From Lama guanicoe (taxonomy: Eukaryota): a stretch of 64,000 bases of DNA. The stretch is from NCBI GenBank assembly GCA_013239625.1, contig MU053482.1:248001-312000 (forward strand), written 5' to 3'. The notes beneath the pieces were generated by a model. The model was given only the letters and a program-made list of their open reading frames with translations. It did no database searches and had not been told where the DNA came from. Made by a program: the position numbers and the translations under genes. Of the stretch, positions 50,960 to 64,000 are shown one piece after another. The stretch's first letter is position 1. Each line of letters opens with the position of its first letter.

Positions 50960-51058
50960 AGGTGGGGAGGGTATAGCTTAACATGCACAAGGTCCTGGAT
51001 ACAATCCCAAGTACCTCCACTGAAAAATTAATAGTAAAAATTTTTTAATTAAAAAAAA
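50960..51058 (+). mobile_element. Vic-1-like SINE with internal deletion
   Basis: GGGGAGGGTATAGCTTAACATGCACAAGGTCCTGG, an A-tail and TSD AGAATCCA. Confidence 0.75.
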
Positions 51059-52056
51059 AGAATCCAGTGCGGAGCCTTGTGATTAACTGGCTCCCTGGAA
51101 CTACCCAGAAGTTAGCTCTCTGTAGTTGATATGAAAAGATACTTTGCTAAGTGAAAGAAACAACGTACCTTTTTTTTCCTGTTACGTATTTTGTATTGTT
51201 GCCTGTAAATACACACGTGCTGGATTACTGAATGAACTGAACTCAGTGGCGTACAATCAGGTCCCAGCTTTCTTTCTAACCACAGCTTTCACACAAGCTG
51301 AATGACCTTTCCACACCACCCATGCTGTCTCAAGTATATCTCATAGATTTCTGGTCATTTAAGATGGAAAGAGTCTCACATGGGTAATTAACACTAAACT
51401 CACTTTGATGTATTAAAATGACTCAGTCTTGCCTAAATCAAAATTTAAAATATTTCTAATTCAAAATTTCCCCTATGGGCCTAGCACTTCCAGCTTAGAC
51501 CAGTTTTGTGGCTCGGGGTCATGTGGTGATGAAAGGTGATGTGAGCAGCTCTTTTGTTTTCCATCCACCTCCTTCACCTCCTGCAACTGGCTCCTCCAGA
51601 GTCCCCACAAGGTGTTTGGATGTGCATTTATATGTGAGGCACTGGACTGTTGTAACTGAGCTCTTTATACCTTCTGTGTAGAGGTGTCTGAATTTGGCTC
51701 TCTCCTGGGGATATTTGTGGATTTCAAAGGCCCAGGAAGGATGGTGATCCTGTACAGTTTCCTGGCATGGGGGATGGGGGAAGAAGTGGGCAGGAAGGGG
51801 TAGGTACTCCCCGCAAGCCCCCTACCCCAGACAATCTATCTCCTCAGTTCCTCTTCACACTCTACAGTCTCTTAGCCTCAGTGCCCAGCACACCCTGGGA
51901 CAAGGTTCCTTCACATCAGTTCTCTTAAGCAACATCCATTTGACTTTGCCATTTCAAGCTGTGAGCATGCAGACTACCCTACTGCTGCCTTCTCTCCCTG
52001 CTCCAACATTGATGGTGGCCCCAGCCAGCCTCGCAGTTTAAAAATTATATAGGTGG

Positions 52057-52564
52057 TGATAAAAGAAATTTTCACCTCTTGAGATATAGGGACGTCATTC
52101 TGGCTTATACATGAGTTAACTTGAATTTTCTGCTGACTAAACTAGCCTGTTTGTGACCTATCAAACGTACATTAGACATCTGCTTTAATTATTAAAGAAA
52201 AGGGCACACTGACCAGAAGTAAAGAATGCCCATGTTAAAAATAAAGATTAAATGCCTGTCTACCTGGGATATCAGTGCTAGTTTTCCTTGGATGACAAGA
52301 TCCCCTTCCCAGGTGCCAAGGCCACACTCTACATGCTGGTCTGTTTTGGGGGGTCTTTTTTTTTTAAACTTGAAGAACTGTATCCCCAACTTGTTTAATG
52401 TTCTTTGTTCTGACAAGATATAAAGCTACTGAAAACGCTGCTTCTCTGGGGCAGTTTCTCAGAGGAACCTGGGAAGCAGGCTTCCAAGCTAGTCCTCAGT
52501 TTGGCTCAAATAAAACTCTTTTCTATTCTTATTACTGATTGTTTCTTGATTATTTTCATCAACA
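52057..52564 (+). mobile_element. ERV1 solo LTR
   Basis: TG...CA with TSD GTGG (52053-56, 52565-68). TATAAA at ~52419 and AATAAA at ~52509. Confidence 0.85.
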
Positions 52565-53011
52565 GTGGAAAGAGGGCAGGGAAGGCTATGTCACATAACA
52601 AGCTCTTACAAGAACTCCCTCACCATACTTTGCTCTGGTAGCTGCACTGGGTATATTCATTGAATATATTCACTGGTTATATGTTTCTGCAACCCCCTCA
52701 AGCCTTTCTCCCCAAGAAAATTATCAGGTTCCCAACCACTCTGAGTGGTTTTCTTGGATCACCCTCCTTCCCCACCTGACACACACGTACACAAATATAC
52801 ACGTACTTTGAACACCATAGCACTTGCTCCCTGTGTTTTGACTTTCATAGAATTTTGGGCTTACTTTATATAGACTGAAGATGGATGCTAGGGTGAGGGT
52901 CAAAGGATCATTTCAGCCAACCTTAAGTAATCCTTTGGGTATGTGTATTGTCTAAAGTTAGAGCTTTTGTCAAAATATTAAGATACCAGAAGTCCCATTC
53001 GACATTCTGTT

Positions 53012-53033
53012 ACACACACACACACACACACAC
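53012..53033. repeat. (AC)n microsatellite
   Basis: About 11 units, seen directly. Confidence 0.95.
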
Positions 53034-53744
53034 ATTATGGTAGAAAATTCTACACATACAGAAAGTAGTCATGGTTCTCTCTAGAGAGAAGCTCAGGAGT
53101 TTGGGATAGGAAGAAAGCTTTCTCTATTTAAAGTACACCCATTAAAGTACTTGAAATCAATTTTTAACATGTATATACTGCTTTTTCAATTTGAAGAAAA
53201 CTGGCCCTTAAAAACACTGAAATTGTCCCTATTCACTCTCCCATCTCCAGGACGGGTCGCGAAACCCCTTACTGGGGTGTGGTCCCTACACCAGTGTAAC
53301 AAAGTGTTGGTGGTATTACTCACACAAAGCAAAGCAAGGGCTTTGTTAAAGTAACTTCTCAGACAAGCTGATTTCAACCAAGGGTTAAAGGTTTTTTTTC
53401 AAGCTTCCCCTCATGGAATCTAGGCTTCCAAGAAACCCAGTTGAAAAAAATTGTCTTTGGAGGAAGAGTCTGTAGATAAAATTATTAGACAAAACACAAG
53501 AAAAATATGTTTGGTTAAAGATCATTAGGCTCATCACAAGACTAATGCCCAACTGTGAGGGTTAAATTCTAACTTTCTAAAAGGAGCTGTTCCTCAGATC
53601 AAGCAGACCAAACACAGTTATTTTCCATTTAGTCTAAGCTGTTCAACTTTATTACTTGTGCTATATTATAAGAGGCCATCTTTTCTCAGGCTTTAGATCA
53701 TTTTTTTCTGGTTCTAACATCTGAATTCCCATTCCTTTTTCCTC

Positions 53745-54045
53745 CTCAGTTTTACTGAGATATAATTGACATATTTCACTGTGTAAGTTTAAGGTGTACA
53801 GCAAAATGCCTTGACTTTCATATATTGTGACATGATTACCACAGTAAGTTTCATTAACATCCATCATCTCATAGATACCAAAAAAGAAAAAAAAAGTGGT
53901 TTTTTTCCCCTCCAATGAGAACTCTTAGGATCTACTCTTTTAACAACTTCCAAATATACCGTATGGCAGGGTTAGCGACAGTCATCGTGTTGTACATGGC
54001 ATCCCCAGTACTTATTCATCTTATGATTGGAAGTTTGTACCTTTG
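53745..54045 (-). mobile_element. L1 (L1MA-like) 3' end
   Basis: TGAGATATAATTGACATAT...TTTAAGGTGTACAGC...TGAGAACTCTTAGGATCTACTCT...GGAAGTTTGTACCTTT. Confidence 0.75.
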
Positions 54046-54399
54046 GGCCTGGGTTCCCAGTCTTACTGGTCAATAAGGTTGGTTTTTTTCTGCTTAAATT
54101 CTTTGTTGTTCTGTTTATCTCTGTACTGTCAACAATCTCCTCCAGACCCCAACCTCAGCACCACTGCTTTCTCAGAAATCAAACAGTGAGCACTATACAG
54201 GAAGTGGGGATAAAGCGGAGAAACTGAAGGCCCTGCCTCTCCACGTCCCCACTTCGGCTGTGGTCTAGTGGGGCAGACATCCGGTAATTGTCTCCGGTTT
54301 GGGTACCTGATGGTGTGTTGCGGGGGAAGCATGGGGAGGGGCATCCTGTGACTGCTGGAGTGGCTGAGCTGAAACTTGAAGAATAAGAATTTAAACAGA

Positions 54400-54505
54400 G
54401 CAGAGGGTATGGCTCAGTGGTAGAGCATGTGCTTAGCATGCACAAGGTCCTGGGTTCAATCCCCAAATAATTAATTAATTAAAAATAAGTTAAAGAACAA
54501 AAAAG
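54400..54505 (+). mobile_element. tRNA-Ala-derived SINE (Vic-1-like)
   Basis: GAGGGTATGGCTCAGTGGTAGAGCATGTGCTTAGCATGCACAAGGTCCTGGGTTCAATCCCC plus an A-rich tail. Confidence 0.85.
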
Positions 54506-55337
54506 AATGGCTAGAATTTAATTCAGTGAAAGAAGAGGGAAGAACTTTTTAGGTCAGAGGACCAGCATAAGAGTCCCTGAATAAGCTGGGAACTTGTTGT
54601 GTAGACTCTGAAAGAACATTAGTGTATCTCAAGCATTGAGAAGAAAGGGGAAACCACTTCTCAGTCTGGTTCTCCAGACACACACTAACTCGTCTTTCAA
54701 GACTGGCCTCCTCTGGAAAAGCTATTTCTCATCCCTGTCAACTCTTACTGCCTAATCAGCAGGAATCCATCATTTCCTCCTTTGACCTCCTCAGGACCAC
54801 GGTAGCTTGCTTCATCAAAAGACCTTTATAGCAGGTCTGTGCTTTCACGTCTTACCACAGGTTGATGAACTGTCTGAGGAACATACGTGTCTTAGTCATT
54901 TCTGTGTCTCACGGTCCCAAGCACAACACGTGGCACAAAGTAGACTTCTTAAAGTGTCTTTTGTCACCTGGATGGCTGGCTGGCTGGCTGAATGAATAAA
55001 ATTAACAATAAATATATCCATTCTTTGAGGATTAAGACTAAACTCTTTATTGTGATCCTCCTAATCTGGCTGCTACCAGCCTCTCCGGCCTCCAATCTCC
55101 GCAATCTCTCTCATCTCCCTCTCAGAGCTCCTGCCTTCTCCCTCAGTTCCTGAACCTGCCCAGCCCTCCCCTGTGCTGGGGGCACATCTGGGCACACAAA
55201 TCACTTCCTCCCAAAACCTCCATGAGGGCCCTCAGTTTCAGGCGACTGTCCTCCTCTGTGCTTTCATGATTCCTCATACTTCCCCCGTGGAAGAGCTTAT
55301 CTGATTGGAATTGTTGGGTTACTGGCATGGTTGGTGC

Positions 55338-55540
55338 TCAGTAACCAAGGGTTTGGCATTGGCAGATTCAATCAACTGAAACCCGCAGTTGGTTGAATCC
55401 AAGGATGCCAAACCCAAGGATACAGATGGCTGAGTGTATTCATGTACATTTTTTGTAAGAGAGTTGAGCATCCTCAGATTTGGGTATCCACTGGGTCCTG
55501 GAACCAACCCCGCAACGGATCCTCCAGGACAGCCATATAA
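55338..55540. mobile_element. TcMar-Tigger (MER2-like) fragment with internal palindrome
   Basis: GGTTTGGCAT..GATTCAATCAACTG / CAGTTGGTTGAATCC..ATGCCAAACC; TTGAGCATCCTCAGATTTGGGTATCC..GGTCCTGGAACCAACCCC. Confidence 0.7.
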
Positions 55541-55624
55541 CAAGGCATAGAGATTTCTAATTGCATTCTTCTTAGATGTAGAATTTTCCCCTTTTTTTTT
55601 TCAGCAGAGAATTGTTTATTTGTT

Positions 55625-56490
55625 TTTGCTATTTTTTTTAATCGAAGTACAGTCAGTTACAACGTTTCAATTTCTGGTGTATAGCACAATGTCCCAGTCA
55701 TGCATATACATATAGAGAGAGAATTGTTTGTATTGAATGAACCCTCTGATGAGAAGTTTAGGGGTGGAGAGAGTGAGGCCCAGGAAGGCCTCATGAATAA
55801 CAATAGATGACTATACAGTAGGGCTTTTCTAGGGAGGCTGAATTCAATGAGGGTTTTGTTTTAATAAATGTGTGTGTGTGTGTTTTGAGTGAATGAATAT
55901 ATGATTGCATGGCAATAAAAGGAGCTAAGTTACTGTCTGTTGAATAAATGTTGCTTCCATCTTCCCCAGGGTGGGGGAGGATTTTTCAAAGTTTCCCACA
56001 TTCTTTCCTTTGACCTTCACCTCACAGCAGCCAGAGTTCCTCTCCCCTGATAGTGGACACCATGAATGAGGTATGGGAAGCTGGGGAGCGCTGGGAACTG
56101 GACTTCACTAAATCAATGATAGTCAGTACAGTTGGCAGATGCAGACATAATGTATTGCTTTTTTTTTTTTTTTGCTTTTTTTTGAACTGAAATATGTCAG
56201 TTTACAAAGCTGTGTTAATTTCTGGTGTATAGCATAATGATTCATATATACATATATTCCTTTTCCTATTCTTTTTCACTATAGGTTGTTACAAAGTATT
56301 GAATATAGTTCCTTGTGCTATACAGTAGGACTTTTTTTTTCCAGAGACTTTTCCATTATATGTTTTTGTTTTTTATTGAAGTATAGTCAGTTTACAACGT
56401 TGTGTCCATTTCTGGTGTAAGCATAATGTTTCAATCATACATGTACATGCATATTTTTGTTTTCACATTCTTTTTCATTATAGGTTACAG
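55625..56490 (-). mobile_element. Three short antisense L1 3'-end insertions (~55625-55712, 56160-56330, 56365-56490)
   Basis: Repeated ..CAGTTTACAA..TTTCTGGTGT..GCA motif after T-tracts. Confidence 0.7.
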
Positions 56491-57189
56491 GACTACTCTT
56501 TATCTCATTGAATCTTCACCACAACCTTGTGCTATTATCTCCATGTCACACAGGAAGAAATGGAAGTTTGGAAAGTGACATGCTTGCAGGGTCACACAAC
56601 TAGCAGAGTGGCAGAGCCGGGATTCTAACCCAGGAGCCTGATTCTAAAGCCCATCCCCTTAGCCACTGCCCTGCCCTCTGCCCTGGAGGGCTCTGCACAT
56701 CGGGGTGAAACTGCCTGTCAGAAAATCCATTTCTTCAGGGTCCCTGCCCTTAAGCTCGTAGATGTCTAGCTCCCTGGTATTCTCTAAAAATTCCACAAGA
56801 GGGAGAGCTTTCCCCATCAATTCTAGCTCTGACTGAAATTATGGATTTAATTTGTAGGTCCCTAGGCAGCTCAAGAGTATAGAATTTGAACAGGTTTCCT
56901 GACACAGTGGAGCATAGGTACCCTAGATGGGATCAAATTAGCCCGGACTGACTAGGAAGCCCATAGTATCCCTCTGCCAATCATTCTCCAAGACTGGAAC
57001 CCAATTTGCGATGGTGGCAGGGGCTGTGTGAATCTTAGATCTTTAAACACTGGGCTCCATTCCATTTCCCCAAGTTCTCCCCACTGTCCGGGAGTCTGGG
57101 AGCCTCCAAAATGGGTTTCCAAGGTTCTAAAACCTAGAGAAAATCAAGAATAAAGTTATCCTTACCACTCTCGCTACCAGCCCTGAGAG

Positions 57190-57982
57190 TCTTTACAATT
57201 GATTTTTTATCTTTGCTATGGTTACTTCCTCTGCAAACAGTCTTGTTCCCTTTTTTCCCCTTAGGATCTTTATTACTTAGACCTCTTCAAGGGCAAGCAT
57301 TGGTCCAAGCTTAGATCACAAAATGGCTTAGGCCTAAAATGGCTTCTTTTAAGTCAAAAATCTATATCCGGGTCTTTTTCCTCCAAGGACCCCCTACCTC
57401 ACCTGTCCCAGGTGGCCACCTTTACTTCTGAGCAACCAGCTATAAATTCTAGGGTTCCATGACCCTCTACTGAGGTTTGATAATTTGCTAGAACAGCTCA
57501 CGGAACTCAGGAATACACCTCACTTACATGTCCTGGTTAATACAAAGGGCACAACTCAGGAATAGCCAAATGAAAGAGATGCCCAGGGCCAGGTGCGGAC
57601 TGGGGGTGTCTCAGAACTTCCATGCCCTCTCCAGGTATACCACCCTCCCAACACCTTGATATGTTCTCCCACCCAGAAACTCTCCAAGAGTTTATTTACA
57701 GAGCTTAATCTCCAGCCCCTCTTCCCAACCTGGAGATTGGGGGTGAGATCAAAACAAGTCTCACTCTCTAATCACTAGTTCTTAATGGAGACTAGCCCAT
57801 CCTGAGGCTATTTAGGGGCCCTACCCTAAGTCACCTTATTACTATAAACTCAGGTGTGATTGAAAGGGGCTTGTGCAAATAACAAAAAACACTCCTATCA
57901 CTCAGGAAGTTTAAAGGATTTTAGGAGCTCTGTGCCAGAAACTGGAGAGAAGACAAAATATATTTATTTCCTATTATACCAT
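57190..57982. mobile_element. LTR fragments including a MER21-like LTR (~57405-57982)
   Basis: GGTTTGATAATTTGCTAGAACAGCTCACGGAACTCAGG...CACTCCTATCACTCAGGAA...TTTAGGAGCTCTGTGCCAGAAAC. Confidence 0.65.
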
Positions 57983-58639
57983 CATTACTCTATCTGATAT
58001 GATGCCCACAGAACTGGGCGGAGGGAGTGGGGGAGGACAGTCACTTGGAAGAAATTCTCAAAGGAAAGAACTGACAGGACTTGGTAGTTCTGTGGATCTT
58101 GGAGAAGCACTGAATTAAACAGTTTAGGTTTTAATTGTTATTCTGCCACTTCCCCAGGCTTCTGTTTCCCCATCTGTAAACTGGAGATAATAATAGTATT
58201 ACACTTCTTTCTTCAGATTGTTGTTAGAACTGAAAATTAATAACTATAAAGTGCCTGTTTCAGTGCCTGGAACATCCTGTAGAGCTCAGTCAGTGATAGC
58301 TTTTACCATCACGGATACAGGAAGATGGGGAGACCCAAGTTCTACTCCATGTTCCTGGCCCTTCTGGCGGGTATGGTCTTTACCATTCTTAGCCACTTCA
58401 CCATCTCTGAACCTCAGTGTCCTTATCCATATAACGAAGGTATAGATGTCCCTCCATGAGTCCAGGGTCCTTCCATATAGAGAAATCTGAATCAAAAAGA
58501 TTCTCAGTCAGGGCGACTCAAGGGTGTGAGTACCAGCGGTAGGACAGGAGAAACTGAGGAAGGGGGCCCTCTGGTCCAAAGAGGCAACAGGGTGAGAACA
58601 CGTTTGGAGAGGCGGTGCCTAGGAACCTCAGATGGGCCT

Positions 58640-59006
58640 CTCACCAGACACACGATCCACTCCAGCAAGGGTGGGGCGGATACAGCGGCCTCGCACAGCT
58701 GTGACCGCTCGCGGTCAGAGCCGGGGCGGGACCGCGGGCGGGATCTTGGGCGGGTCCCGGGTGCGCCCGGCCCACTCCGCCTCCGCCTCCGTAGTCCTGA
58801 TCTGGCCCCCAGCCAGCGCGATCAGCTGCTGCGGAACCGGGGAAGAGGAAGAGGCGGAGCTGCTTTGCCGCTCGCGTCTCAGCGTCAGCCGACTGCAACG
58901 GGGTGCTGGTCGGTGTCCCTGGCACCGCCTGGGATCCTGAGAGCCAACCAGAGGCTACACTGGCCGGGGCTGTCGGGCGAATCAGCCCGGTCTAGGAAGC
59001 CGGGTA
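58640..59006 (+). promoter_or_regulatory. SMPD1: SMPD1 CpG-island promoter and 5'UTR
   Basis: CpG-rich, TATA-less, GC boxes at ~58673-58755. GAAGAGGAAGAGGCGGAGCTGCTTTGC resembles the recalled human SMPD1 5'UTR. Confidence 0.8.
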
Positions 59007-59306
59007 ATGCCCCGCCAAGGAGTGTCTCCGGGCCAGGGCCGCCCCAGGTCGGGCCGGGAGCAAGGACCGGACAGGTCCTTGGGGGCCCCCAGCCTGAGGC
59101 TCCTGTGGATGAGCCTGGCCATGGCGCTGGCCCTGTCCGACTCCCTGGTTCTCTGGGTCCCAGCCGGGGCCCACCCTCTTCCCGCCAAAGGCTATCCCAC
59201 CAAATCCAGTCGCATAGCGCCCCAGCTCCGAGAAGCCTTTGGGTGGTGGAACCTCACCTGCCCAGCCTGCAAAGCCCTGTTCACCGCCATCGACTTCGGG
59301 CTGCGG
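59007..59306 (+). CDS. SMPD1: SMPD1 exon 1 CDS (signal peptide, start of saposin domain)
   Basis: MPRQGVS...[15 protein letters not shown]...[20 protein letters not shown]. Donor CGG|GTGAGT. Confidence 0.96.
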
Positions 59307-60067
59307 GTGAGTGGTAAAGGGGCTGGGGGAGGGAGAGTGGGGGCTGGGGCTAAGGCCGGCGCTGTCGTGTCCCCTAATGGAGAGGCTGTCATCCACAAGC
59401 CTTTACTGAATTTGCTCTCCTTTGAGGACACCCATGGCTGCATGGCACCACCACCACCACTACCTCCATTGTGACCTTGTGAAGTAAGGCAACAGTGCAA
59501 GTTACATGCTGGGCACTGTGCTAGCCCATGTATGCAGTTACATCCAGCCTGCAAGGTGGTTTCATTACCGTTGTTATTTCCATTTTACAAATGAATAGAA
59601 ACCGCTGGGAGCTGAAGTCTTTTTGGCCTGAGGATTGGCAGCTGGTGAGGGGTGAGCGGCTGGGACTCCAACCCAGGTGTGCCTGACTGAGTCGCCTCTG
59701 CCTTACACTTATCATCTCCATCTCTGAGCTCTGTGCCTGGGACTAGCTACTCAAAAGGGACTTGAATTAAGAAATATCCAGAGGTGTGGGGCTAGATGGG
59801 GCTGCCTTGATCCTGATGGGCCCTGGTTGGTAGGCAGGCTTTGTGGGGATCCTTAGGGAAAGAGTGCCCTGTCCCTGTGTGTGTCCCCAAACCCTGGGCA
59901 GTCTGTCATTCTGCCCAGCCCAAATTTCAGGGCACTCAGCAGACAGTGCCTGAGAAAGCCAGCCCGGCAAGCAAAGGCCTGAAATGCTTCTGAGCTAAAC
60001 CTACTAGCCTGGTGATGCCTGAGGGAGGCAGGGATGAACTGACATCTCTTTACTGTGGTGGAACTGA

Positions 60068-61081
<1,014 letters not shown>

Positions 61082-61495
61082 TGACCTCACTTTCTGTTTC
61101 TACCCTTATCTCCACCCGCCCTCCTTTATAGGGCTAGCAGCATCCCCTCTCCATGCTAGTCTGTGTCTTGGCTCATGTGAGCCCTCTAAAGTGCCTTCTC
61201 ATTAGCACCCCAACTTTTCCCAACTTGTCCAGGCACAGGCCCTCTTCCCTCTGGATGACCTTCGCTTCCTTTTCTAGCTCACTTTTACCTCTCCCCTGAC
61301 TCCCAGAGCCTTTCACCCTCTGAGCCACTCTCCTCATTCATAAGGGCCCTGTAATCAAAGCTGTTTGGTCTTCAGCTAGAATGTGAGCTTGAGGGTAGGG
61401 GTGATGTCCTGTGTGCCTCTGCCCTCCCCCCAGTTTCCTTATGCAGGACCGGGATTATGAACACATGCTGACCCCTGGTGTTCACTTTGTTTCAG

Positions 61496-61667
61496 AATTG
61501 GGGGGTTCTATGCCCTTTCCCCACGCCCTGGCCTCCGCCTCATCTCTCTCAATATGAACTTTTGTTCCCGTGAGAACTTCTGGCTCTTGATCAACTCCAC
61601 AGATCCTGCTGGACAGCTCCAGTGGCTCGTGGGGGAGCTTCAGGCCGCTGAGGATCGAGGAGACAAA
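61496..61667 (+). CDS. SMPD1: SMPD1 exon 3 (172 bp)
   Basis: TTTCAG|A acceptor; [57 protein letters not shown]; donor AAA|GTGAGG. Confidence 0.96.
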
Positions 61668-61964
61668 GTGAGGGAGAGTGGTGGGAACCTGCTGGAGTAG
61701 GTGTGGGGTGGGGGGGGGAAGCAGACCGTTCATGAGCAGACTCCTATCTGGAGCTGGAGCACCTGTGAGCCGAGAAACTTGATTTTTCTGGCACACCCAA
61801 CAAGTGTTCCCTGGGGATTCAGCTCATGGTCACCCTTAGAACTAAGTCTTTTCGCTTGCTCCCCCTCTCTCTGGCCAGGAATGCCAGCGATTGTAGGAGA
61901 CATGAGTACCAACTCTCCTGGCCAGGGCTTCCTGGACCCTTCTTGCCCTGATAACCTTCCTTAA

Positions 61965-62054
<90 letters not shown>

Positions 62055-62186
62055 TAGGAGGGAGGTGGGGCGGGGGGTGGGTTGGAAATCCCCTTGAGCA
62101 TCTCATCATCCTTGCTGCCCCACTGGGGTGGGGAAACTACTTATTTGAACAGGATGGAGAAAGAAAGCATCCTGTCTGCCCCAGAC

Positions 62187-62200
62187 NNNNNNNNNNNNNN
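62187..62200. other. Assembly gap (14 N) in SMPD1 intron 4
   Basis: N run flanked by an identical 34-mer on each side. Confidence 1.
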
Positions 62201-62262
62201 GATGGAGAAAGAAAGCATCCTGTCTGCCCCAGACTCCCCCCCCACCCCACCCCCACCACTAG

Positions 62263-62478
<216 letters not shown>

Positions 62479-62639
62479 TAGAGGGAATTGGTGGGAGAAA
62501 GTTGGGGAGATAGAAAAAAGCGGAGGCGGATTTGGGGGCGGGGGCGGAGGAAAGGTCGCTCAAGGGCAGGCCTGACATGTGGTCCCTCCCTGGAGTCGCC
62601 TTTGCCTCTTCCCTCTACAGCCATTCCTCCCTCTTGCAG

Positions 62640-63049
62640 GTTACCGCGTCTACCAAATAGATGGCAACTACTCGGGGAGCTCTCACGTGGTCCTGGACCA
62701 TGAGACCTACATCCTGAACCTGACGCAGGCGAATGAGCCCGGAGCCACGCCGCACTGGCAGCTCCTCTACAAGGCTCGGGAAACCTATGGGCTGCCCAAC
62801 GCGCTGCCTGCCGCCTGGCACGACCTAGTGTACCGTATGCGGAGCGACATGCGACTTTTCCAGACCTTCTGGTTTCTCTACCATAAGGGCCACCCGCCCT
62901 CAGAGCCCTGTGGCACGCCCTGCCGCCTGGCTACTCTGTGTGCACAGCTCTCTGCCCGCTCAGACAGCCCTGCTCTGTGTCGTCACCTGGTGCCAGACGC
63001 AAGCGCTCCTGATGTCCAGAGCCTGTGGCCAAGGCCATTGTTCTGCTAG
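62640..63049 (+). CDS. SMPD1: SMPD1 exon 6 CDS ([11 protein letters not shown]...WPRPLFC*); total CDS 1878 nt = 625 aa
   Basis: TTGCAG|GT acceptor. C-terminal Cys retained; exon lengths sum in frame. Confidence 0.97.
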
Positions 63050-63373
63050 CACTCCCAGGGCCCAGAGTTGGGAAAGCATGTGTCTTAGGAAAGGAGTGAA
63101 AACCCCTGAGAGGCACCACAGCAAGGTCTGGCGGAAGAGCCTATCCCCCCACCCAGGCGCACCTCCAAAATAAGACTGCCATTCTTGGAGCTGACTTAGC
63201 AAGATATGGGAGCGGGGCTGGGTGCTCTGAGGCTGCTGTCCTTTCATGGCCATGGAGCAGAGGTCTCAGTTGGCACTGCCCTGGACAGACCAGACAGAAG
63301 CTGTCACCCCAGGCCTGTGCTGGCCAGCCAGGAACCCTGTACTGCTGCTACTGCCTGGTTGCCAGGCTGTTAA

Positions 63374-63379
63374 AATAAA
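63374..63379 (+). terminator. SMPD1: SMPD1 polyadenylation signal AATAAA
   Basis: AATAAA ~325 nt after the stop codon. Confidence 0.8.
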
Positions 63380-63541
63380 AACAAGAGACTTGGGCTCAAG
63401 ACCCTGCTGTGACCTGATTTCTTTTGAGGCAGGCAGGGCAAGGGGGCCCTGGGAGTAAGAGCCTAACTGAGGGATCAGGGTACCAGGAGTGATGGTGTAG
63501 TGCAGGCACAGGAGGCACACAGTTCAGCAGGGCAGACAGAC

Positions 63542-63547
63542 TTTATT
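63542..63547 (-). terminator. APBB1: APBB1 polyadenylation signal AATAAA
   Basis: TTTATT on the plus strand, ~370 nt past the APBB1 stop codon. Confidence 0.75.
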
Positions 63548-63916
63548 AGTGATATCAGTACAGCAGAGGTGCCCACGGAGCAGGGGGCAGGGGACCCATG
63601 CCTGACCAGTCCCCTCCTGCCCCTGCAGGACCCTACAAAGATGGGGCCTGGCCTAGACCAATTCCTCCTGCTCCACCTGAAACGTGGGGATAGAGAACCT
63701 GGGGCTGGCCTTGCTTCCTGCTCCTTTCTCATCAATCCACCAGTATTGTCACTTTCTTGCAGGATTAGATTTCCCTCCCCAGCCCCTAGGCAGGGAACCC
63801 TAGCTCATGGGGAGGGGCAGCTCTGAGATCTAAGAATAGCCTGTAGGGCCCCTCCCTGCCCCAAACCCTTGAGTTCCCTGGGGCCCAATGCAAGCAGGTG
63901 GAGGGAAGACAGGGCT

Positions 63917-64000
63917 TCAGGGGGTGTGGGCCCCCAGCCGTTTGGGTTTGAGGGAGCCCCACAGTGACTGAACGCCCCTGCGGACAGTCCACCCTACACG
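63917..64000 (-). CDS. APBB1: APBB1 (FE65) C-terminus, partial last exon
   Basis: Minus-strand translation from 64000 gives RVGWTVRRGVQSLWGSLKPKRLGAHTP*, matching the recalled FE65 C-terminus. APBB1 is the expected tail-to-tail neighbour of SMPD1. Confidence 0.93.
   Translation of the reverse strand, partial: RVGWTVRRGVQSLWGSLKPKRLGAHTP

Noticed and set aside
58526..59317. 263-aa ORF overlapping the SMPD1 promoter
   Set aside because: Non-ATG (GTG) start, out of frame with SMPD1, and explained by stop depletion in a CpG island.

Overview
Mammalian genomic DNA, most likely camelid: it carries many tRNA-Ala-derived SINEs resembling Vic-1, and I saw no Alu, BovB/Bov-A or PRE-1. It matches the CAVIN3-SMPD1-APBB1 gene order known from human 11p15.4. 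Protein genes: complete 2-exon CAVIN3/PRKCDBP (minus, 263 aa), complete 6-exon SMPD1 acid sphingomyelinase (plus, 625 aa, all GT-AG junctions in phase), and the last 27 codons plus 3'UTR of APBB1/FE65 (minus, missed by the ORF track, runs off the window). A decayed intronless TBC1D12 retrocopy lies at about 0.87-2.0 kb (minus). The 43-kb CAVIN3-SMPD1 interval is repeat-rich and holds a cluster of 11 ERV1-type solo LTRs (37.8-52.6 kb). Two of these are near-identical, inverted and 710 bp apart. There are also two related degenerate ~29-bp tandem arrays. I found no evidence of a wholly new gene system. The best leads are the inverted LTR pair, the retrocopy with its extra junction segment, the paired minisatellites, the conserved ASM-2 cryptic donor and a strong-Kozak downstream Met in SMPD1. 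Gene and repeat identities come from manual translation and recalled consensus sequences, not database searches.
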